A stretch of DNA of 64,000 nt from Candidatus Saccharimonadia bacterium (lineage in GTDB: Bacteria > Patescibacteriota > Saccharimonadia > UBA4664). Position numbers and translations under genes: made by a program. The DNA lies in the NCBI GenBank assembly GCA_035544015.1, contig DATKIP010000010.1, positions 6,449-70,448 of the forward strand, written 5' to 3'. How positions within the stretch are numbered: position 1 is the first letter of the stretch; the number at the start of each line of letters is the position of its first letter. This document shows positions 10,349-21,600 of the stretch, piece after piece. Below the pieces are notes generated by a model. That model ran no database searches. It was not told the DNA's origin and saw only the letters and a program-made list of their open reading frames with translations.

Positions 10349-11539
10349 TTAGAACGTACCGGTCGCGACCCAAGTAAACGTCGCACTATATGCACCAGGC
10401 TTGGTCGTATTCCCTGCTTGCGCCGCATAGGCCACAGTGTAAAGGTTGGGAACGGTCGGCCCAGTAGAGCTCGCCACCGTCCGCGGCGTAGCACCGGCCT
10501 GGAACGCGAAGTTGTCGATCGTATTGTATGGCGCGCTCACCGCTCCCGAACCCGACCCACTAATGTCGGCGCCAATGTTGGGCGTAGCGTTATCGCGCAA
10601 GTTAATGCCAAACTTCCCCGTCCCAGCCACAAACGTTCCCGCCGTGCCCCCAAAATCCGTGATACAGTCGTTGCTCGAGCTCAGACTCCCCGCGCAAGCC
10701 GTGCCGCCGGTGCCGCCCGGACTCGTCGTGATGTAGGTGATCACGTATCCCGTAGTCGCGTTCGTATCCACCGCCATGAGCGAGATGCCGCCGGAAGGCG
10801 TCGAGGAGCTCAACACGTTGTCGCTGCCCACACCCAAGTTCACCGTGGTTCCAGTCAAACCACCGCCCCCGCAACCCGTGCCGCTCGTGCCCACACAAAA
10901 CGTCAGGCTTTCTTGCACGTTCGCCGCCAAACTAATCTGGCGCGCCGTCGACACCGCCATGGCGCCGAAGTCGAGCTCAGCCGAAGCCCCCGTGTCGGAA
11001 TACGTCGTAATACGCGTGTAGTAACTCAAGTTGGCCGTATTCGGATTGGTCACCGCGTTAAACTGCGCGGTAAATGTAGCATTACCCGCGGTACCCGTGG
11101 CGTTCGAAATGATCACCTGGGTAGCATTCTGCGTTCCCGAAATCGCAAAGCTACTGAGTGCTGCCGAGGTCGGCGCCGTAGTCTGGAACGTCGCAGTCGC
11201 TATGCTCGCACTGCTCGGCGCCGCACAGGTGGTTTGCTGTAGCGGCGAGTCACACACCTGAAATTTAATTCCCTTCACCGTCGTCGCGGTCGGACCCGTC
11301 CACGTAAACGCATAGCTCGTACTCGCCGCCGCCGCCGAACTCGTGAGCGTAGTCGACCGAGCCGTAATCTGAGCCGCACTCGCCGCCGTGGGGATACTCG
11401 ACGCCCCCAGCACCAACGACACCAACCCAAACCACGTCACCGCCCGACGCATCAACCCGCGGTAATGAGCGTATAAAATTTCCCGCTTGGTCATGTGCTT
11501 GATAAATCCTTCATTTATTTTGCTGCGGCCACTATCCAA
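10349..11539 (-). CDS. Secreted WxL/pilin-like subunit, family A1 (true start probably downstream, ~11494 or ~11452)
   Basis: VCDSP, NPNTAN-YYTRITTY, FCVGT, KFGINLRDN; ends KPGAYSATFTWVATGTF. Confidence 0.8.
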   Translation of the reverse strand: MDSGRSKINEGFIKHMTKREILYAHYRGLMRRAVTWFGLVSLVLGASSIPTAASAAQITARSTTLTSSAAAASTSYAFTWTGPTATTVKGIKFQVCDSPLQQTTCAAPSSASIATATFQTTAPTSAALSSFAISGTQNATQVIISNATGTAGNATFTAQFNAVTNPNTANLSYYTRITTYSDTGASAELDFGAMAVSTARQISLAANVQESLTFCVGTSGTGCGGGGLTGTTVNLGVGSDNVLSSSTPSGGISLMAVDTNATTGYVITYITTSPGGTGGTACAGSLSSSNDCITDFGGTAGTFVAGTGKFGINLRDNATPNIGADISGSGSGAVSAPYNTIDNFAFQAGATPRTVASSTGPTVPNLYTVAYAAQAGNTTKPGAYSATFTWVATGTF

Positions 11540-11596
11540 TTCATCATAGCATAAGCACTGTTTCGAGTGTCAATGAACTCGCGTGCGGCAAGCACT

Positions 11597-12373
11597 TTAA
11601 TAGGTCCCGGTAGCCACCAACTCCAATGTACTCGTATATTTTCCACCTGGCGTCGTCGTGCTCATGTTGGCCAAAAAGGTCATGGTGTAGTCCGTCTCAC
11701 CCGACGACTTCGGCGCCGAAGCCACCACTTCACCGCTGTTAAAGCGCCATTTATCCGAAATCGTATACGGCCGCGTCGTGCCATAGGTTCCGGTCACCCC
11801 GTCGCCCGCCACGCCGTAGCTAAATGATCCCGACGGCACTTGCGCCGGATTGGCGCCCACCGCCGCCGACGTATTAAGCACCGTGTTCACCCCAAATTGC
11901 TCCGTCCCCACACTCGACGCCGTATCGGTAGTCAGCGGGGTCAGCGCGTGACTACCGTTTTTGGGTGGCGTCCCGATAGCGGTTATCACATAGCCATACG
12001 TCGTGTAGTTGATGGCCGAAAACGTCGCTACTCCCGTCGCCTTCACGCTCGTCGACAAGGCCCCCAAATTAACCGTAGCCGTATTCACAATAAACGTCAG
12101 CCCCGGCTGAGCCGTCGTATTAAACCCCGCTCCCGACGAATAATTCGTCGAGCTCGAAGTGCCCACCGCGGTTTCACCCAAACTACTACCCCCATCGTCC
12201 ACCCCCGGCGCGTAGCTATAATGCGACGAAGCCCCCGTGAAATCCCCGCCGGCTCCCACTTCACTCTCGTTAAGGCTATAGCTCGCCGATTGCTGCAGCT
12301 CGGCATGCGCCGCCCCACTCGCGGCCACCGCCACGACACACGCCACCACCAACTGTCGACTCCAACGTCTCAT
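11597..12373 (-). CDS. Secreted WxL/pilin-like subunit, family C1
   Basis: Signal peptide; S/G-rich SASYSLNESEVGAGG N-region; GTEQFGVN; ends TPGGKYTSTLELVATGTY. Confidence 0.78.
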   Translation of the reverse strand: MRRWSRQLVVACVVAVAASGAAHAELQQSASYSLNESEVGAGGDFTGASSHYSYAPGVDDGGSSLGETAVGTSSSTNYSSGAGFNTTAQPGLTFIVNTATVNLGALSTSVKATGVATFSAINYTTYGYVITAIGTPPKNGSHALTPLTTDTASSVGTEQFGVNTVLNTSAAVGANPAQVPSGSFSYGVAGDGVTGTYGTTRPYTISDKWRFNSGEVVASAPKSSGETDYTMTFLANMSTTTPGGKYTSTLELVATGTY

Positions 12374-12483
12374 TAAAATCCATCTTGAACCATTTGCCCA
12401 CCACGCGCAATCCGCTCAAGCTCCGATGGAATATCCGAAGCTTGAGCAGTATACTGAAGCTCATAGTAAGCTAGTGAGCCACC

Positions 12484-13431
12484 ATGCCCCCGGGCAGCAC
12501 CCCACCTTTGGCGCCGTCTCCCCAGACGCCCCTCCCCAAACCGCCTCCGCCGGCCAAAAACCGGCACGCTGGCTGGCACCGACTTACCGACCGGGCCAAT
12601 GTCGTCGGCGCCGTGGTCGGCCTCTTTGCCTTTTTGCTCGCCGTCGGCGGGGTAGTGGGATTTTACTACGCCCGGCTCAACCAGCCGGCCAAAACCGAAC
12701 CCAAGAGTAATGTCACCGCCCTCAGCCCCGCTGAGCTCGCCAAACTCAGCGAGATCGGCAATAGCCTCGGCAGCTCCGGCCAAACCCTCAACATCGGCGC
12801 CGGCGCCCTCTTCCGCGGCAAGGTCGATGTGGCCGGCGACCTTTCCATCGGCGGCCGCCTCAACGCCAACGGCCCCGTCACCCTCAGCCAGCTCAATGTC
12901 ACCGGTGGCGGGGGTGTGATCGGCCTCAATGTCGGCTCCAATCTCAACGTCACCGGCACCACCGTCCTGCAGCAAACACTGAGCGTCACCGGACTCGCCA
13001 CCTTCGCCGGCGGCATCAATGTCGGCGGCAATGCCAGCTTCAACGCCATCAACGCCAGCTCACTGGCCGTGCGCAACCTCAGCATTTCCGGTCCGCTCGT
13101 CGTCGGCCACCTCACCACCCAGGGCCCCACGCCGGGCTTCGTCACCGGCCCGGCCGTCGGCTCAGGCGGCACCGCCAGCATCAGCGGCAACGACACCGCC
13201 GGCACGCTCAATTTCAACACCGGCGGCGGCCCACCCAGCGGCGTGCTCGGCACCATCACCTTCCGCGCCGCCTACACCGCCACCGTCCACGTGCTGCTCA
13301 CTCCGCTCACCGGCGCCGGCGCCGCCACGCCCGCCTATGTCACCCGCACCACCGGCGGCTTCCAGGTGCACACCGACACCGCCCCACCCAGCGGCGCCGT
13401 ATTGAGTTATGATTACTTGGTAACGCAATAG
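12484..13431 (+). CDS. Single-TM fibre-like protein with Gly-rich beta repeats (paralog 1)
   Basis: Pro-rich N-terminus, TM, LSPAELAKL, LNV-G repeats, C-domain ASISGNDTAGT...FRAAY...VLLTP...YDYLVTQ. Confidence 0.8.
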   Translation: MPPGSTPPLAPSPQTPLPKPPPPAKNRHAGWHRLTDRANVVGAVVGLFAFLLAVGGVVGFYYARLNQPAKTEPKSNVTALSPAELAKLSEIGNSLGSSGQTLNIGAGALFRGKVDVAGDLSIGGRLNANGPVTLSQLNVTGGGGVIGLNVGSNLNVTGTTVLQQTLSVTGLATFAGGINVGGNASFNAINASSLAVRNLSISGPLVVGHLTTQGPTPGFVTGPAVGSGGTASISGNDTAGTLNFNTGGGPPSGVLGTITFRAAYTATVHVLLTPLTGAGAATPAYVTRTTGGFQVHTDTAPPSGAVLSYDYLVTQ

Positions 13432-13450
13432 TAATCACGGAAACTCCACC

Positions 13451-14026
13451 ATGCCTCGCGTAGAACCAAATCCCCCCTCTGTCATTCTCGGCAAATACTG
13501 GCCCCTCACCCTCTTGGCCGTCGTGCTTGTACTCGGCGGCATCGGCGCCGTGGTCTACCAAAACCGCACCGGCCACCGCCTCTCCCTCACGCCCACTCCC
13601 AGCGCCCCCGCCGCCACCCCCGCCTCGACTGCCACCCTCTATCTCTTCCCCGCCGCCGGCACCATTACCGCCGGCGGTACGCTCACCATCGAGATCCGCG
13701 AAAACAGCGGCGCCGCTGCCGTAAACGCTGTACAGGCCAACTTCACCTACCCCGCCGATAAGCTCGATTTCGTCAGCGCCGACGCCGCCACCGGCGCCTT
13801 TAGCATTGCGGCCGAATCCACCGGCCAAAACGGCCTGGTCAAGATCGCCCGCGGCACCATCAAACCCGTGAGCTCCGACCATTCAGTCGCCAAAGTCACC
13901 TTCCGCGCCAAAACCACGCCCGGCACCGCCGCTCTGAGCTTCGCCGCCGGCTCGGCCCTCATTTCGACCCCCGGCGCCGCCAACATCCTGGGCACCCCCA
14001 CCGGCGCCACCCTCACCATCAAATAA
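13451..14026 (+). CDS. Membrane-anchored cohesin-like domain protein
   Basis: TM, Pro/Thr linker, VNAVQANFTYPADKL...VAKVTFRAK...GATLTIK cohesin-type pattern. Confidence 0.75.
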   Translation: MPRVEPNPPSVILGKYWPLTLLAVVLVLGGIGAVVYQNRTGHRLSLTPTPSAPAATPASTATLYLFPAAGTITAGGTLTIEIRENSGAAAVNAVQANFTYPADKLDFVSADAATGAFSIAAESTGQNGLVKIARGTIKPVSSDHSVAKVTFRAKTTPGTAALSFAAGSALISTPGAANILGTPTGATLTIK

Positions 14027-14039
14027 CCCCCCGCTAGCC

Positions 14040-17000
14040 TTACGGTGCCGTGTCCAAAATGCAGCCGTTCGCCGGCGTCGCATTACACCCCGTGTTCGTA
14101 AACGCCGCCCCGTGCCGCAGCCGCCGCGTCGGGTTGGCGTGGTAGTACAAATCAATCTCCGACACGTTCGTCTCCGCGCTCGTCGCCACATCCGGGAAAG
14201 TACCCGACAAGCTGTCATCGAGCACCAATACAATCAGGTAGTTAAATGCCACCCCCGTATTCGCACCACTCGAATCCAGCGGCTGCACCCCGTAGAAGTT
14301 GTTAAAAATCACCGGGTCAAACACTTGCGCCACCCCAAATTGGGTCGCGCTCGCCTGCTCGGTGTAAAACCGCACCGCCACCTTGCTTTCCGGCCCCGAC
14401 AGCGATCCCGTGAGTACCAGCTGACTCGGCGAGGTATCCACCTCGGTATTAAACAATTTCGAATAATGCCCCGTCCGCGCGATCGCGAACTGCCCCGCGC
14501 GATCATTGGCCGCCGACACGGTAGTACATACCCCGGCGCTCAACACACAACCACCCGTCACATACATCACGCCGCCAAACAACGCCGCCGCGCCATGCGC
14601 ATGCGCGCCGCTCATCGCATTCGCCGAATGTTGGGTGGTACCGAGAGTACCATTCGCATTAATGTCCACATAGAGCACCTCAGCCGTCGACCCCTCGTCT
14701 CCCACAAAATACATATAGCCGTTCGCAGCCACCGCCTGCCGCGCCACCATCCCGCGGGCCACATCGGTGGTGTAGCTCCAGCTGGCGATCGAACCATCCG
14801 CCGCCACGGTGCCAAACTGCACATCGAGCAAATTATTGGTGCCATCGGTACCACCTATCACGTACAACTTGCCGTTATACGACACGAGGCTAAAGCCCGA
14901 CCGCGCCGTCGTGAATCCTGTCGTGTTGAGCGTCCACGTCCCCAGCCCGCCAGTACTAGTATTAATAGCCGCGTAATACACATCGCTTTTCTTCGTTCCC
15001 GAGCCATTATCTCCGCCCGCCACAAACAAATAACCGCGTGCAATCGCCGCCCCAAAGCTGGTGCGATCCGTCCCAGCCGGCAGATCGGCGTTCGTCCACG
15101 AGCCGCCCAGCGTACCCGTACTATCGATCGTGGTGTACCACACCGTCGCTGTCGCCCCCGAGCTCGCACTCTTGCCACCGATCACATACAAATACCCGTT
15201 ATACGCCACTGCCTGCAACGACGACCGCACCTCGCCACTTGGCAGCGAAGTTTGCGCCGTCCAGCTGCCCGTCACCTTGCCTCCCGGATCAATGTCGGCT
15301 CGCTCGATATCACCAAGCCCCGTACTGCAAGCCCCCGTCGTGTACACTCGGCAGCCTCCGATCACATACAGCTTACCGTTGTACGCCACCGACGCGTGAT
15401 CCGCCCGCCCCGCCGTTCCGCCGACCGTCGGCAAATCCACCACATTGCCGGTACCAGTGGTAAACGCCCCCGTCTGCCCATTGCCACCATTATTGGGCTC
15501 ATACAGCTCGGTCGTGTTCGCCGTCGTCACGAACGCCGTCGCGCACTGCTTGAACGTCCCCGCCGCCAGCGTCCCAGCGCACCCGCCCATGATGTACATG
15601 TACCCACCCGTCGCCACCGCCGTCGTCTCGCCCCGCGCCGTCGAGAGCTGCCCATCCGTCTTGGTGTACGACAACGTCGTCGCCTGGCCAATGTTGGCCG
15701 CCGCCCACACATTGCCGGCGTCCGGCGCCGTCGGGCTGCCGGTCGTGGGATCAAGCTTGGTCCAGCGAATCGTCGCCTGCTGCGTCGTCGATCCCGTATT
15801 GTACCCGCCAAAACTATACAAATAGCCATTGTGCACCGCCATGCCCATCCCCCGGCTCGCAAACGCCCCTGTCAATGTCCCCAGATCGGCGATCGTCAAA
15901 TTCCCGCTGTTGTCGATCGCGATCCGCTCGGTCGCATGCGCCGTTGTCACGTACGTCCCGCCCGAAGTCGACATGCCGCCCACCACATACAGCCAGTTGC
16001 CCCACTGCCCGCCGCCGATGTCCCACCGCGCGTTGGCGAGCGTCGCGGCGGTAGCCGGATTGGACGTCAGCTTGGCCGTCGCCCACGCCCCCGGCGCATT
16101 GCTCGCGATGGTCGATTTATAGATCGTAGTCGCTACCGTCGTGCCATTGCTCAGTCCCCCCATCACGAATATCATATTGTGCCACACCGCCGCATACCCA
16201 AACGCCAGCGCTCCCGGCAAAGCATTGGCCTCCATCGTAAACGTCCCCAGCGTACCGTTCGATGCCTGCGTCGCCGACTGCACCGTCGCTTGGTACGAAT
16301 CCACATTGCCGGTGGTATACTCCACACCCCCGATCACGTAAATTTTGTTGTTGTACCCCACCACCATGTGCCCAATCCGCCCGGCCTTGTTGGTGCCGTT
16401 GCCGATCAATACATTACCCGCCGAGGCAAACGCCCCCATCGAGCCGTTCGCATTGATCTGGGCGTACTCCACCAGCGAGCTATAGGTGTTGTTGCACGTC
16501 GCGTTATTGGCCGTGCTGCAGCCCCCGATGTAATACATGTACCCGTTGAGCGCCACGCCCTTGCCGCCCATACGCGCCGTTGTTGAGTTGCTGTCAAACG
16601 GAAAACCGCTGTGGCCGCTCATGCCGTTATCGAAGCGGCCCACATTATCGAGGTTGGTTTTAAACGTTCCACCGCGCACTCCCGGCCCCGGGCTCGGGTC
16701 GTCGCCGTCGCATTGATTGGCACTAATCTCAATCGTGCAGCCGCCCACAAAATACAAATATCCGTTATAAAACGCCGACGACGGATTGCTGCGTTCCGGA
16801 GCCGTGGCACCCGTGTAGTCGTTCGATTGCTGCCACTCTCCCACGCTGCCGTCAGCATTCAGTACCGCGTATTGCGTATCCGAAATGAAATTGCTCGCCG
16901 CCCCGCACGGAAATCCCGTCACCCGGCAGCCGCCGTACACATAAATGTGGCCGCGTTCCACCGCCACCCCATGATCGCGCCGCGCCGTCGGAAACGCCGT

Positions 17001-18626
17001 CGTGCTGATCCACGAGCCCAGCGTGCCGTCGCTTTTGATCGGCGCGTACTCCACCGTACTGAGCACCGTCGGCGTACCCGTGCGGCCGCCCGTCACGTAC
17101 ACGAAGCCATTGTAAGCCGCACCCGAGAACCGGTCGCGCGCCGTCCCCAGCGCGGTCGTAGTGGTCCAGCTCGTGATGGTGCCGTCGCCGTTGATACGCG
17201 CATACTCCACACTCGTGAGCAAACTCCCGTTGCTCGTAGCGCCCTCACCACCCATCACGTACACCACGCCCTGATAATTAGCCCCTGCCATGTAGGCCCG
17301 CGCCGTACCCAGGCTAGTCGTGGTGCTCCACGTCCCCACCGAACCATCCGAGTTGATCTTGGCGTACTCCACGGTCGCGATCGGGTTGTTGCTGGTATTT
17401 TCCCCGCCCACCGCATACAAATAGCCGTTGTAACCAAACGCCACCAGCCCCTGCCGCGCCGTGTTCAGGCTCTGGTTGGTGCTCGTACCCGTCCAGGTCA
17501 GCGCCCCGGCCGCCCCAATCGAAGCGCTGTACACTACGTTGGTCGGCGTAGTGGCCGTACCGCTGTCGGCGCCGCCCCCAATGAGATACACAAAATTGTT
17601 GTACGCCACGAGCGCCCCCGCGTACCGTGCCACCGTGATGTTGGTGCCGGTGGTCCACGCCACCACCGATCCACCGCTCAGCGGCGCCCGGCCGATTTGG
17701 TCGGCCACCGAGGTGAGGTCGATGTTGTCGTCCACGCTTCCCAACACAAAGTCGGCCGTACTCCGCAACAAAAAGGTCGGATCAATCGAAAGCGGATAAT
17801 TTGCTTTGGCTAAGCCACGAGCCCGCACCACCAAATCCTTCCCGCTCAGCCCAAACCGCGCACTCACCGCACTGCGCTGGCCCGTTTCGCGCACCACCGG
17901 TGCCGGAATCGCAAACATCAAGTAGGTTTTGGCCCCCGCCACGCGCGCCTTATCGAGCATCTCGCGGTCATTGTCGCTGCCGTAGCTCACATTGCCATAC
18001 AGCTCCGGACTGGCCGTATAAAATCCCACGCTCCCGTCATCCTCCAGCCGCGCCTCCACCGTATCCGGAATATCCAAACGATAATGAAATTCCATCGCGT
18101 CCGCCTTCGGCGCCGAGGTCAGCACGATGTCTTCTTTCAGCCCATTGCCCTTGGGCGTAAACATCATCTGCCCCGCCGCATCTTTGAGCGGATACGTCAC
18201 CTGCCCATTACTGCTCCGCCCCTCCATGAGCGCCACCTGCGGCACAAATTTCACCGACACGTCGTTGACATTGTCGTGCACCTCCACCCCTTGCGCCGGA
18301 TTGTCAGGCAACGTAGCCGAATACAGCTGCGTGTCTTTTTTGCCCCCGGCCCCCACCGCCATTTGGAGCTTATCTTTCGGATCAGACCACGCGTCGGCTT
18401 GACCCTCGGCATTAAACACGCTCGCGTGTTTATCTTTGTCATACCGCAATTTGCTCATGAGCGCCGGGCTCGGCCGCTCCGCCACCGCTGCTGCCGCCGG
18501 CGTCATGCGATAGCGCTCATTCGTTACCAGCCAATCCGCCACCGGCGCCACCATACCCGCCAGCAACACCCCCATCACCACCGCATGCACCGGCCGGCGC
18601 ACATCGAGATTGATACCCAGCTTCAC
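14040..18626 (-). CDS. Giant Kelch-repeat beta-propeller surface protein, 1528 aa
   Basis: N-terminal hydrophobic segment; GLKEDIVL...YPLSIDPT domain; many YNGYLY(V/A)xGG...VEYAxINxDG..W repeats; C-terminal PTRRLRHG motif; GTG start next to the upstream stop. Confidence 0.88.
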   Translation of the reverse strand: MKLGINLDVRRPVHAVVMGVLLAGMVAPVADWLVTNERYRMTPAAAAVAERPSPALMSKLRYDKDKHASVFNAEGQADAWSDPKDKLQMAVGAGGKKDTQLYSATLPDNPAQGVEVHDNVNDVSVKFVPQVALMEGRSSNGQVTYPLKDAAGQMMFTPKGNGLKEDIVLTSAPKADAMEFHYRLDIPDTVEARLEDDGSVGFYTASPELYGNVSYGSDNDREMLDKARVAGAKTYLMFAIPAPVVRETGQRSAVSARFGLSGKDLVVRARGLAKANYPLSIDPTFLLRSTADFVLGSVDDNIDLTSVADQIGRAPLSGGSVVAWTTGTNITVARYAGALVAYNNFVYLIGGGADSGTATTPTNVVYSASIGAAGALTWTGTSTNQSLNTARQGLVAFGYNGYLYAVGGENTSNNPIATVEYAKINSDGSVGTWSTTTSLGTARAYMAGANYQGVVYVMGGEGATSNGSLLTSVEYARINGDGTITSWTTTTALGTARDRFSGAAYNGFVYVTGGRTGTPTVLSTVEYAPIKSDGTLGSWISTTAFPTARRDHGVAVERGHIYVYGGCRVTGFPCGAASNFISDTQYAVLNADGSVGEWQQSNDYTGATAPERSNPSSAFYNGYLYFVGGCTIEISANQCDGDDPSPGPGVRGGTFKTNLDNVGRFDNGMSGHSGFPFDSNSTTARMGGKGVALNGYMYYIGGCSTANNATCNNTYSSLVEYAQINANGSMGAFASAGNVLIGNGTNKAGRIGHMVVGYNNKIYVIGGVEYTTGNVDSYQATVQSATQASNGTLGTFTMEANALPGALAFGYAAVWHNMIFVMGGLSNGTTVATTIYKSTIASNAPGAWATAKLTSNPATAATLANARWDIGGGQWGNWLYVVGGMSTSGGTYVTTAHATERIAIDNSGNLTIADLGTLTGAFASRGMGMAVHNGYLYSFGGYNTGSTTQQATIRWTKLDPTTGSPTAPDAGNVWAAANIGQATTLSYTKTDGQLSTARGETTAVATGGYMYIMGGCAGTLAAGTFKQCATAFVTTANTTELYEPNNGGNGQTGAFTTGTGNVVDLPTVGGTAGRADHASVAYNGKLYVIGGCRVYTTGACSTGLGDIERADIDPGGKVTGSWTAQTSLPSGEVRSSLQAVAYNGYLYVIGGKSASSGATATVWYTTIDSTGTLGGSWTNADLPAGTDRTSFGAAIARGYLFVAGGDNGSGTKKSDVYYAAINTSTGGLGTWTLNTTGFTTARSGFSLVSYNGKLYVIGGTDGTNNLLDVQFGTVAADGSIASWSYTTDVARGMVARQAVAANGYMYFVGDEGSTAEVLYVDINANGTLGTTQHSANAMSGAHAHGAAALFGGVMYVTGGCVLSAGVCTTVSAANDRAGQFAIARTGHYSKLFNTEVDTSPSQLVLTGSLSGPESKVAVRFYTEQASATQFGVAQVFDPVIFNNFYGVQPLDSSGANTGVAFNYLIVLVLDDSLSGTFPDVATSAETNVSEIDLYYHANPTRRLRHGAAFTNTGCNATPANGCILDTAP

Positions 18627-18627
18627 C

Positions 18628-21600
18628 CTACCACCTCGTCAGATAAGGTAATGTGATAGTCCCCAACCGCACATCACCTGTGGTGGCCGCCGCCGTCAGG
18701 TGAATCCGGACGATCATATTCGAACCCTGAGTGTACGTACCCGTGATCGCCGGCGTCGTCACGCTGCGCGCCGTCCAAGTGGTACTCACCGTCAGCGCCG
18801 ACGCGTTGTAGTTGGTAGCCACCGTGCCCGCTGTATCGGTAATCGTCACCGACATCGAGCTACCCGCGCTGCCATACGTCCAAAACGTCGGCGAACCCGT
18901 CCAGGCGCTGAAATCATCGGGCACCGGCACCGTCGCCACGATGTCGTAATCTTGAGCCGTACCTTGGCTCGTCACCCATTTGTAGTACCCAAAGCGCTGT
19001 GTCGATTCGTATGCCGCCGTCATCGTCCCCGTATTATTCGAACCATCCGCATCCAGCACCGCTCCCGCAAATTCCCCCGTCAGCCGCACCGCCGAGGCAT
19101 GCCGCGCCGTTCCCGCAAACGTCACCTCCTTGGTAGTCGCATCAAACGTCGCGTTATTGGTGCCGTCTCCCACCCGAATCGTCCCCGCAAACTCACTCGA
19201 CCCGCTCACGTAGAGCGCCGCCGTAGCATTCGCTCCCCCGCTGCCGAGCGTCGGCGTCCCCGTACCAATGCGCACCTTGAAGTTGGCCGTATCCACCTGC
19301 ATCGCATAGCTCGACGACGTCCCGCCCAGATAGGTAGTCCCCGCCGCCGTCACGATGCCGTTGGCCTGCACCCCAAACACATCCGCCGCATTCGCCTGCA
19401 GCCTCAGCAAGTAGTTCGCGCTCACCGTGCTCTTATTAATGAAAATACTCGGGTTCGCACTCGCATCCGCCTGCGCCGTCCCCGGCGCCAGCTGAATGTA
19501 CCCGTTCGCATAATACGCCGCGTACGTCGTGCCGCACGTAGCCGCCAACGTCGAGCACAGCTGGTAGGTGCCGGCCGTACCAGCCGCAAATTGATAAATA
19601 ATATTGCCCGTCGGGTTGGCAAACTGCAAGCTCGTGGTATTCGTACCATTCGACACCGTCAGCGCGCTCGACGTGTTGCCCTGCAAACTCAGCGTGCCCC
19701 CCGCACGACCGATATTCAGCGTGGATGCGTTCGTCGTCCCAATGCTCACCGCCACCGCCGCATTAGCGTCAATGGTGCCCGCCGTATTAAACTGCAAGCT
19801 CGACAGCCCACTCACCGCACCCGCACTCGTAATGCCCCCGGCGTTGTTGTTAATACCGCTGAAAATGCTCGCACCCGCATTCGCCGTCAGCGCCGCCGTG
19901 TTCACCGTGGCCCCCGAGCTAAACGTCGCCGCGTTCGTCACCGTCAGGCTGCTGGCCGTGAGCAAGCCACCCGTCCCTACCGTGCCCGTGAAGCTCGCGG
20001 TGCTCGAAATTGTTTGTCCGTTAATCGTACTCGCCGTCGTCACCGCCCCCGCTGCGTTCACCGAGAATTTGCTCGTTTCCGTCCCGCTCGGACCGCTCCA
20101 CAGATCGATCAAATTGCCGCCCACCGAGGCATTCGTCAGCTTGGCATAAATCAGCGCCTCACCCGCCCCAGCGTTCGCCGCCGCCGTCACCTTGAGCGTG
20201 CTGGCCGTGCCGGTGCCGTTGGCGAGCACAAGCACATTCGAGGCCAGCGAGCCGTTGTTGCTAAATTGATACAGAAACTGTCCCGCCGTCAGATTGGCGC
20301 TCGAGGTCTCGTTGGCCGTCCCCTTGCGCAAATAGCCCGTGCTGCCCGCCCCGCACGAATTCAAGTCCGAGGTACAAATCGTGTACGTCGTGTTGGTCGT
20401 CGGGCTCGCAAACTGGTACGTGCCGGCACCCGCGATGGTCGCAAAATTCACGCTCACCGTATTGGCACCGTTGGTCGCGGTAATCTTGGTACTATTGCCG
20501 CCTTGCAGGGTCAACGTCTGCGTCGTCGATCCCACCGTCATAGCCGCGCTCGGCGTGATCGTGTTGCTCTGCAGCGTCATGCCCTGGGTGATCACCTGGC
20601 TACCGACCGTATCCACCGCAAACTGCGACACCCCACTCGCATTCTGCACATCAAAGGCCGTCGCCGAATCCGTCCCGTTGGCCTTCACGACCACCGATCC
20701 CGTCGTGCCGCTGCCGCCGGTCGCTCCCGCCTGCAGCACCAGGTTGCCGCCGTTGTTGGCTCCCGTGCCGCTCGTGCCGGCCTTAATCGTCAAACTGTTG
20801 CCGGCCCCGCTCGCCGCCGCGGCCACCGACAGCGTCCGCGCCCCGCCCGACGTGAACGTCACATTGGCCGCCGCCAGCCCCACTGTGGTCGCCGCCAGCA
20901 CCACCCCGCCCCCGGCCGCACTGCCGCCCTGCACCGTGGTGATGTTGCCAGCGTTGGCCGCCGTCGAGCCAATCGTCACCACCTGCGCCCCCGTCGCGCT
21001 CGTAGTGTCGGCAATGTGCACGCTTGAGGCCGCCGTCTGCACCCCCACCGCGCCCACATTCACCGCCGTGCCGTTCAGGTTCAAATTGGCCGCCGCGCTC
21101 ACGCCCAAATCCCCCGCCGCCGTGCTCCATGTGGCCGCCGCCGCCGAGGTGATCGTGAGCGCGCCCGAGGTCGTCGTGAGCACCGCCGCCGCATTACTCG
21201 TGATACTCACAGCCCCACCCGACTGCGTAAACGCCCCCTGCACCGTAACGCTCTTGCCACTTGCCACCGTCACATTTTGGTTCAAATTAATCCCGGCGGT
21301 CGCGTTCGTCGTACCGATATTCAGCGTCGTCGTGCCGCTCGGCGTGTCCAGCAGCGGCGTCAGCAGCGATGTATTCGCCCGCCCCGTCCCGCTAATCTGA
21401 TAATTCCCCGTCTGCGTCGTACCCGTGCGGTTCAAAATATAACCCGTACCCGTCGTGCCGTCGCAGTTGCCCGAGTCTGCACACAGCGTCCCGCTCGTAT
21501 CCGGCAGCACCAAGCTCCGCGCACCCGTGGGAGTCGCCGAGGTCAGTGTCAGCTGATTCGTGTTGGTAGCGTCATTAAAAATGAAGCTACTGCTCGCCGC

